Positions 56,287-64,000 of a stretch of DNA of 64,000 nt are shown here, piece after piece; position 1 is the stretch's first letter, and each line of letters begins with the position of its first letter. The translations under genes and the position numbers were made by a program. Where the stretch lies: contig CAVZDU010000002.1 in assembly GCA_963774265.1 (NCBI GenBank), forward strand, positions 845,552 to 909,551, read 5' to 3'. The stretch comes from an uncultured Chloroflexia bacterium. GTDB taxonomy: Bacteria > Chloroflexota > Anaerolineae > CG2-30-64-16. The notes under the pieces are model-generated. The model did not search any database, was not told the origin of the DNA, and saw nothing but the letters and a program-made list of their open reading frames with translations.

Positions 56287-56348
56287 ATCATAAAGGAAAA
56301 TCGGCCGCAGTGGACTCGACAAGAAGTTGTACAAGAAGTGATACAAAC
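56287..56348 (-). promoter_or_regulatory. TTGTAC direct-repeat promoter, copy 2
   Basis: GTTTGTATCACTTCTTGTACAACTTCTTGTCGAG-22 bp-TATGAT. Confidence 0.6.
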
Positions 56349-56358
56349 GCGGGATGCC

Positions 56359-56393
56359 TTTCGAAGTACGGACGGGCGGTGTATAATCGGTCC
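56359..56393 (+). promoter_or_regulatory. Putative leaderless promoter of LAL5
   Basis: TATAAT at 56382-56387, 6 bp before ATG 56394. Confidence 0.6.
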
Positions 56394-59213
56394 ATGTCTG
56401 CGCCGATTTTAGCCACCAAGCTGTATATCCCCCCGCATCGATCGAACGTTGTCCTCCGCCCCCGCCTGATCGGGCGGCTCAACGAGGGCCTCCGCCAAAG
56501 CCATGGCTTTGGACGCAAGCTGACCCTCATCTCTGCCCCCGCCGGCTTCGGCAAAACCACGCTGGTCAGCAGTTGGTTGGCTGGCTTGCCGACGAGGGCA
56601 GCGAGTCAGGAAGAAAACGCGAATCCAAAATCCAAAATCCAAAATCCAGTGGCCTGGCTTTCGCTGGACAAAGACGATAATGATCTGACGCGTTTTCTGG
56701 CGTATTTCATCGCGGCCTTGCAGACCATCGCGCCCACGGTTGGAGAAGCGACGTTGGGCGCGCTCGCAGTCGTCGCAGCCGCCGCCGACCGAATTGCTTC
56801 TGACGACCCTGCTCAATGAAATGGCCGCCATCCCGGACCATTTCGTCCTCGTCCTTGACGATTACCACGTGATTGAACCTGAACCGGTTGACGCGGTCGA
56901 CCGTAACTGTCGACGACGCGCTCGCCTTTCTGCTCGACCACCTGCCGCCCCAGATGCACCTGGTCATCACCACCCGTGAAGACCCCCAGCTACCCCTGGC
57001 CCGGTACCGCGCCCGGGGCCAACTGACCGAGCTGCGCGCCGCCGACTTGCGTTTCACCCCCGCCGAAGCCGCCGAATTTCTCAACCAGGTGATGGGCCTC
57101 GAATCTCTCCGCGGAAGACATCGCGGCCCTGGAAGCCCGCACCGAAGGCTGGATTGCCGGCCTGCAATTGGCCGCCCTGGCATGCAGCCTTGCCATGCAG
57201 GGGCGATCAGACACCGCCCGTTTTATCCAGGCTTTCACCGGCAGCCACCGTTTTGTGCTGGACTACCTGGCCGAAGAGGTGCTTCATCGCCAGCCCGAAC
57301 GGGTGCGCTAGCTTCTTGCTGCAAACCGCTATTCTCGACCGGTTAAGCGGCCCTCTGTGCGATGCCGTCACCGGGCGAGACGATGGCAGAGAGATGCTGG
57401 ATGCCCTGGAGCGCGGCAACCTGTTCGTCGTGCCGCTCGATGACAAGCGCCAGTGGTATCGTTATCACCACCTCTTCGCCGATGTTTTGCAGTCGCGCTT
57501 GATGGAGGAGCAGCCTGATCAGGTACCTGGCCTGCACCGGCGGGCAAGCGAGTGGTACGAGCAGAACGGTCTGCCATCCGATGCGATCCGCCATGCGCTT
57601 GGCCGCCGAGGATTTCGAGCGCGCGGCGGGCCTGATCGAACTGGCCTGGTCAGCCATGGACGTCAACATGCAATCCGCCACGTGGCTCGGTTGGGCAAGG
57701 GCATTGCCGGACGAGCTGATCCGTGCCCGGCCTGTGCTCAGCGTTGGCTATGCCTGGGCGCTACTGGATGGCGGTGAGATGGAGACCTGCGAGGCTCGGT
57801 TGCGGGACGCCGAACGGTGGCTGGACACGCCAGCGGACGCGGAAGAGGCCGGAACGCCATCGAACGAGATGGTCGTCGTGGACGAAGAACAATTTCGGTC
57901 GCTGCCCGCGACGATCGCCACCGCCCGAGCCTACCGCGCCCTGGCCCTCGGCGATGTACCCGGCGCCGTGAAGAACGCGCGGCAGGCGCTCCAACTCACA
58001 CCGGAGGAAGACTATATCAGGCACGTGCAGGCAACCTCGCTCCTGGGGATTGCCCAGTATGCGAGCGGAGACCTGGAGGCAGCCGACCAGTCCCTGGCCG
58101 ATTTCCTGGCGAATCTGTGGAAAGCGGACGACATCCTGACCGCAATCGGCATCACATTTGTCCTGGCCGACATCAGGACGGCACGAGGCCGTCTCCACGA
58201 GGCAGTCCGCACCTACCAGCAGGCATTGCAGCTCGCGGCCAGTCAGGGCGAGCCACTGCCCGTGGGGACGGCGGACCTGTACCGGGGAATCAGTGAGCTT
58301 TACTGCGAACGGGGCGACCTGGAAGCCGCCGCACAACACTTGTTAACAGGCAAGAAGCTGAGCGAGCAAGCAGCACTCACCGGTTGGCAGCATCGCCTGT
58401 GCGTCGCCGAGGCTCGCATAAAGGAGGCCCAGGGAGACCTGGATGGCGCTCTCGAGCTGCTGGACGAGGCGGAGCGCCTGTATGTCAGGAGTCCACTGCC
58501 CGATGTGCGTCCCATCGCGGCACTGAGGGCACGGATTTGGGTTGCGCAGGGCAGGCTGACCGAAGCATTGGCCTGGACACGTCAGCGGGGCCTATCCATT
58601 GACGACGACCTCAGCTACTTGCGTGAGTTCGAGCACCTCGTGTTAGCCAGGGTACTTATCGCCCGGTATCAGCGCGAGCGGGTAAATGGAGCCATTCACG
58701 AGGCCCTGGGCCTCCTGGAGCGCCTCTTGCGTGCGGCGGAAGAAGGTGGGCGGACGGGAAGCGTGATCGAGATCCTGGTGCTTCAAGCGCTTGCTCACGA
58801 GGCAGAAGGCAACCTGGCTCCTGCCCTCGCGGCGTTGGAGCGGGCGCTGACCCTGGCGGAGCCGGAGGGCTATGTCCGCATCTTCGTGAACGAGGGCGCG
58901 GCCCATGGCGCGGCTGCTGCAAGAGGCCGCGGTGCGCGGTATCGCCGCGAACTATGTGAGTCAATTACGGGCAGCTTACGGGCAGGTTGCAGGCAGAATG
59001 CCTGTCTCTCAGCCCTTGATCGAGCCATTGAGCGAACGTGAGATGGAAGTGCTCAGGCTGCTCAAAACCGAATTGAGCGGCCCGGAAATTGCCCGCGAGC
59101 TCATCGTGTCACTGAGCACCCTGCGCACCCACACCCAAAACATTTACACCAAGCTTGGCATGAACAATCGCCGGGCGGCCGTCCGCCGCGCTGAGGAACT
59201 CGATTTGCTGTAA
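56394..59213 (+). CDS. MalT-like LAL regulator 5 (several frameshifts)
   Basis: [25 protein letters not shown] region similar to LAL3, HTH ...[18 protein letters not shown]. Confidence 0.9.
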
Positions 59214-59304
59214 CGAACGGGCAATCACCGACCCGCGCCCTGGCAGGTGTGTCGAGCCATCTGCCGGGGCGCTTTTGTTTCCCCTGCAGCCTCCCGATCT
59301 ATCG

Positions 59305-59368
59305 ATCATCACACCGTTCATCACATGTGATGATGATGCCTCATCACATCATCCTGTATCTTTGGGTC
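59305..59368 (+). promoter_or_regulatory. TCATCA-type operator/promoter
   Basis: ATCATCA (59305), TTCATCA (59317), inverted TGATGAT (59328), CTCATCA (59340), TATCTTTGGGTC; aligns without gaps to 26983-27046. Confidence 0.7.
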
Positions 59369-59401
59369 GAAGAAAGAAATGAACGACATGAGAGATGCAG
59401 C

Positions 59402-59653
59402 ATGAGTGAAACACACACATCAACTGAGGATCATGACCCGCCCATGCTTTACGAAATTCGCATCAAGGGGCACCTCGATGCGCGGTGGGCCGACTGGTTT
59501 GAAGGCCTGACCATGAGGCTGGAAGAGGGCGGCGACACACGATTGACCGGCCCGGTGGTTGACCAGGCCGCGCTGCATGGATTGCTTAGAAAGGTGCGTG
59601 ATTTGGGCATGACATTGCTCTCAATCAATCAAAAGGAGAATACGAATGAATAA
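59402..59653 (+). CDS. Small LAL-associated protein
   Basis: YEIRIKGHLDARWADWFEGL...LTGPVVDQAALHGLLRKVRDLG. Confidence 0.85.
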   Translation: MSETHTSTEDHDPPMLYEIRIKGHLDARWADWFEGLTMRLEEGGDTRLTGPVVDQAALHGLLRKVRDLGMTLLSINQKENTNE

Positions 59654-60315
59654 CCTACAGAAGACGGGCGGCGTCGCCGCACTGATCCACGGAGCAGCCT
59701 ATGCGGTAGCCATGGTATGGTTCCTTATCCTGCTTTCGCCCCTCTTGAACGCCGGTCCCCGCCAGCATATGGCTTTTGTCGCAGACAACCAGGCTATCAT
59801 GTACGTGGGGATTCTGATCAGTTATTGGGTGCCCGGCGCCACGCTGGTTGTCATGGCGCTGGCGCTCTACGAACGGATGAAGAACGGTTCACCTGCATTG
59901 ATGCAGATAGCAACCGTTTTCGGGTGTATCTGGGCCGCCCTGATCATTGGCAGCGGCAACCTCATGCTCTCTGACTTCGGCGTGGTTGCCAAACTCTACG
60001 GTAATAACCCGGTTCAGGCTGAGACCGTCTGGTTGGGGCTTGATGCTGTGGAAACCGGGCTGGTCAGCGGAAATGAGATTGTAGGCAGTGTGTGGGTTCT
60101 GCTGCTAAGCCTGGCCGCCTTGCGGACAAAAGGCGCTTCCCAGGGGGCTAAACTATCTTGGCGTGCCGCTCGGTGTGGTGGGCATCCTCACAGGTATCCT
60201 GGCTTTCATCCCGGCAGTCAAAGATATCATCATGGTTTTTGGGCTGGGTATGATCGTGTGGTCCGCATGGGTGGGCATCGTCATGTTGCGCGTTCGCCCA
60301 GGCGCGGCGGCGTAA
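59646..60315 (+). CDS. DUF4386-like membrane protein (frameshift near 60135)
   Basis: LQKTGGVAALI, several TM helices, GNEIVG..WVLL. Confidence 0.65.
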
Positions 60316-60375
60316 GCCAGCAGCTAACCAGAAATGAATATGACTGCCATCAATCAAACAGGGAAGGATACAAAG

Positions 60376-61324
60376 ATGAGAGCGATTGTATACACAAAAT
60401 TCGGGCAGCCGGAAGTGCTTCAACTCAAAGAGGTGGAAAAACCCACGCCCAAAGATAATGAGGTGCTGATCAAGATATACGCGACAACAGTCGCAAAGGA
60501 AGACCCGGACATGAGAAGATCTCCCGGATTCAACGGTCTTCTGAAACCCAGAAACCCGATACTGGGGCAAGAACTGGCCGGGGAGATTGAAGCGATTGGC
60601 GGAAACGTGACCCGGTTCAGGCCAGGCGACCAGGTATTCGGCATGGGCATGTTCGGCGCGTATGCCGAATACAAATGTATGCCTGAAGACGGGGCGCTCA
60701 CCCTAAAACCGGTCAATCTGAGCTATGTGGATGCGGCCAGCATTCCGAACGGGGCGTTGACCGCGCTGCCGTTCCTGAGAGATCAGGGCAATATCCAGGC
60801 GTGGACAAACCGTGCTGATCTATGGCGCTTCCGGATCGGTTGGCACTGCCGCGGTACAGCTTGCCAGGTGCTTCGGAGCCAAAGTCACCGGGGTATGCAG
60901 CACCGCCAATACGGAAATGGTGAAATCCCTGGGAGCCGAATCGGTCATTGATTACACCCAGGAGGATTTTACCCAAAACGGCAAGACCTATGACATTATC
61001 TTTGACACGGTAGGCAAGCGCTCGTTTGCGGAGTGCAAAGGATCGCTGACAAATGAAGGCATCTATCTTACGACGGTCCCGACGCCGGCAGTCATGCTTC
61101 AAGCGTTATGGCCTGCAAAGCGCGGCGGCAAGAGGGCAAAGTTTGCGGCCACGGGTTTGAGGCCGGCTCGTGAGAAGATCAAAGATCTCGTCTTCCTGAC
61201 AGAGTTGATTGAGGCCGGGAAGTTCAGAGCGGTCATTGACAGATGCTATCCGTTGGAACAGATGGCCGATGCGCATCGGTATGTCGAAAAGGGCACAAGA
61301 AGGGCAATGTGGTTATCACGGTAG
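60376..61324 (+). CDS. NAD(P)-dependent alcohol dehydrogenase (MDR family), frameshifted
   Basis: [31 protein letters not shown]; paralog of 6859-7842. Confidence 0.85.
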
Positions 61325-61531
61325 GAACGACGGATCAGGCATTGTTCCACGCGTGATCGTCCGTATGGAGTCAGGCGATAGGGAAACAATCCGCTTTTCA
61401 CGCCCCACCGGGGGATCAGGCAAAATGGATTCCGCATCATAATAAGGTCAGGCGGCGCATGCTAGAATCGCGCGGGTCCGTACTCGAAATGCGGCGCAAT
61501 TTCCAACCCAGGTCAGTATGAGGAGGCTTCT

Positions 61532-61999
61532 ATGAGCCCAAAGAAAGTCACGCAGGAGTCCGCCGAGAGCGCCAGCGCGATCGGCAAGACGTCCAAGGGA
61601 TTCACGGCTGAGGAACGCGCCGCGATGAAGGAGCGCGCCCAGGAGCTGAAGGCGGAGGCGAAGAAGGCGGACGGGGAAAGCGCCGTGCTCGCGGCGATCG
61701 CCGCGATGCAGGAACCGGATCGCGCCATGGCCGAGCGGCTCCATGCGATCATCAAAGCCAGCGCGCCAGCCCTCTCGCCGAAAACCTGGTACGGGATGCC
61801 CGCGTATGCCAGGGACGACAAGGTTGTCTGCTTCTTCCAAAGCGCACAGAAGTTCAACACGCGGTACGCGACGCTCGGCTTCAGCGACGCGGCGAACCTC
61901 GACGAAGGCGCCCTGTGGCCGACCGCCTACGCGCTGAAAGAGCTGACCGCCGCCGAAGAGGCAAGGATCGGCGCGCTCGTGAAGAAAGCGGTGAGCTAG
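61532..61999 (+). CDS. DUF1801/YdhG-like protein
   Basis: [41 protein letters not shown]. Confidence 0.85.
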   Translation: MSPKKVTQESAESASAIGKTSKGFTAEERAAMKERAQELKAEAKKADGESAVLAAIAAMQEPDRAMAERLHAIIKASAPALSPKTWYGMPAYARDDKVVCFFQSAQKFNTRYATLGFSDAANLDEGALWPTAYALKELTAAEEARIGALVKKAVS

Positions 62000-62004
62000 T
62001 GAAC

Positions 62005-62032
62005 GGGGGGAGAGCCTCGGCGGCCTCCCCCC
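62005..62032. terminator. Hairpin between convergent genes
   Basis: GGGGGGAG...CTCCCCCC. Confidence 0.4.
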
Positions 62033-62067
62033 ATGCCTGGCGCGCCCGCAGGGTGCGCGCCACAACG

Positions 62068-63892
62068 CTAGAAGATTACGCCTGACGCCGTGACGACGTC
62101 CTCCTGGTTGATCGGGGTCGGCTCGAACTCGAAGCCATAGAACCAGACCACGTTCTGCTTGTTGTTGCTGTCGGTCCAGAAGGCATGGAAGACCTGATCG
62201 GAGCCGACTGCCAGATCGGTGTAGTCGCCAAAGAAACCGCCGCCAAACCCGTTGCGTGTGTTGATCGGGTGCGTGCTCACTTGCTGGGTCACGCCCGAAC
62301 CAGCGTTGGTCACGTAGTAGCTGAGCCGGGCGTTGTCAATGTAGTTGCCCAGCGCCAGGCAGTTGATGCGCCCCTCTGGTGGAGGCGGCGCGCTGGCGCA
62401 GGTCTGCCACGGGGAGATGGTATCGGCAGCGTAGGCCGACAGGTAGACGCGGCCTGACGGCGAAACCGCTACACCCGGCCAGAGCGTATCCACGCGTCGG
62501 GCAGTTGGTGCATTCAGCGTGCCGCCGCCTGGCTGTGTGACCGGATAGCCAACTGCTGCCCGGGTCGATGCGTCGAGTGTCGGGAAGATGGCCGCGGGCG
62601 CGCTCCAGGTCGCGCCGCCATCGGTGGATTTGCTGTACACAGCTGCGGAATGGCAGCCGTTATTCGTGGAGGATGAGCACAATCCGCCGCCATCGCTCAT
62701 CAAGGTGGACCAAGCAACGTACAGATCGCCGTTTGGCGCGGCCGCGCCCGCCGGGAAGCTGTTGACGCGGAAGGCCGTGTTCGCGAGCGGGATGACATCT
62801 TGCAGTTGAGACACTGCCACCGGCTTGCCGAAGCTCACACCCCCATCCGTCGACTTGACGATGTAGGTGCTGTCGAGGGTGGACAGCCGGGTCGCTCCCT
62901 CGAAGATGACGAATACGGCGCCATCGTAGCCGACGATTGGGCGCGAGCCTTGGGAATACAGCACGTTGCCGGCGATGTTCTGCGGATTGCTGAACGTGCT
63001 ACCCCCATCCGTCGAATAGGCAAAGAAGATCGGCGACTGGACATATCTGCCATTTTGCGGATTGAAGATGTAGCGTGTCCAGCTGACATAGATGCGATCG
63101 CGATAGGGGCTGGAAACGTGCCAGTCCGCGGCGATCCATTCTTTGTCATTGAGGGTCGCGGGTGAGGTGGTTGGGTTGATAAAGGTCGGTGGGCCCCAAG
63201 ATCAAGTGCCCACTGCCGTCGAAGGTGCCTTTGTTGACGGCGACTGTATTGGGTGGAGCTGTGCGATCGAAACCGAGGCCTGCGTAGAAGACCTGGCCAC
63301 GACTGTCAAAGGCAAGAGCAGGATCGCCGCCAGCATCGTATTGACCGCCTGTCAGGTGCTCGACTCCGGGGATCAGCGTTCCCAGATGGGCCGGATCGGA
63401 ACTGGTGCAGCACCAGGTCTGGCCGCCATCATTCGAGTAGTACGTGCCGGAGTAGCCATCCCCCAGGGCACTGCAGGGCGTGCCGTTGACGTCGCAGGCC
63501 CAGGTGCGAGCCACATAATCATTGGCGCCGGCGACCACTCGATTGGGGTTGTTCGGATCCACTGCGATGGCCGTCTCGTTCTGGGGTGCACCCGCGGTAT
63601 CCTGGTTCACCGTAACCGCCGGCGGCGCAACGGAGCTGCCATCCAACGGACTGGACAATACAAAGGCGGGCGTAATGGGTGCACCAGGCGTCAAGTTCGG
63701 GGATTCGATCGCAGCTTCTTCTTCGATGAAGGCCGAGAAGCGAATCTGCAAACCGGCCGTGCCGTTAACCGATGCCACTTTACCTGCCAGCGTGTTGATG
63801 TCGTAGACGGGCTTAGCCGCAGCACTCACGGGCAAGACCGACGCACTCAGTAACAACGCAAGAATCAACACCACGCTAAATCGTCGTTGCAT
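62068..63892 (-). CDS. Secreted sialidase-like/BNR (Asp-box) repeat protein, one frameshift
   Basis: Signal peptide; QNETAIAVDP; S.DGG.TW/F Asp boxes; FFGDY. Confidence 0.85.
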
Positions 63893-64000
63893 GCTTTTCT
63901 TCTCCTGACTGATCACTAGCTGTGATTTTGTATTTCACAAGCTTCATATAAATCATGTACTACCGTTTGCCGTCTCGTAATGTGATGTGGAATGCCGTGT

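Noticed and set aside
63921-63939. TGTGA-N9-TCACA as a CRP/Rex site
   Set aside because: Spacer length fits neither CRP (N6) nor Rex; single occurrence at the window edge.
1-64000. Many frameshifts suggesting mass pseudogenisation or programmed frameshifting
   Set aside because: Single-base indels hit unrelated genes in patches, with catalytic motifs intact and few in-frame stops. This is most consistent with unpolished long-read error.

Overview
High-GC bacterial accessory region. Its gene content and codon style suggest Chloroflexota/Anaerolineae (inference). Many single-base indels split otherwise intact genes and are probably long-read errors. The window has five MalT-like STAND-ATPase/TPR/LuxR-HTH (LAL) regulators (1-2503, 3939-6680, 24191-26935, 52829-50094, 56394-59213). 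Each is followed just past its stop codon by a repeat/palindrome operator-promoter whose sequence changes with the HTH recognition helix. Three of the five are then followed by the same small ~80-105 aa uncharacterised protein, and all by membrane, oxidoreductase or hydrolase cargo. Other content: two IS630 copies (one with a nested, intact IS630), an ABC exporter, and an attC-like cassette cluster with no integrase (29.8-34.3 kb). A defence island (34.6-44.9 kb) holds a PLD-SNF2 helicase, an Eco57I-like adenine MTase, GmrSD and a probable HEPN-DprA/SLOG fusion, separated by relic copies of the MTase 3' end. There is also a lipoprotein with three serine-hydrolase domains and several secreted proteins. 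No rRNA, tRNA or CRISPR array was seen.
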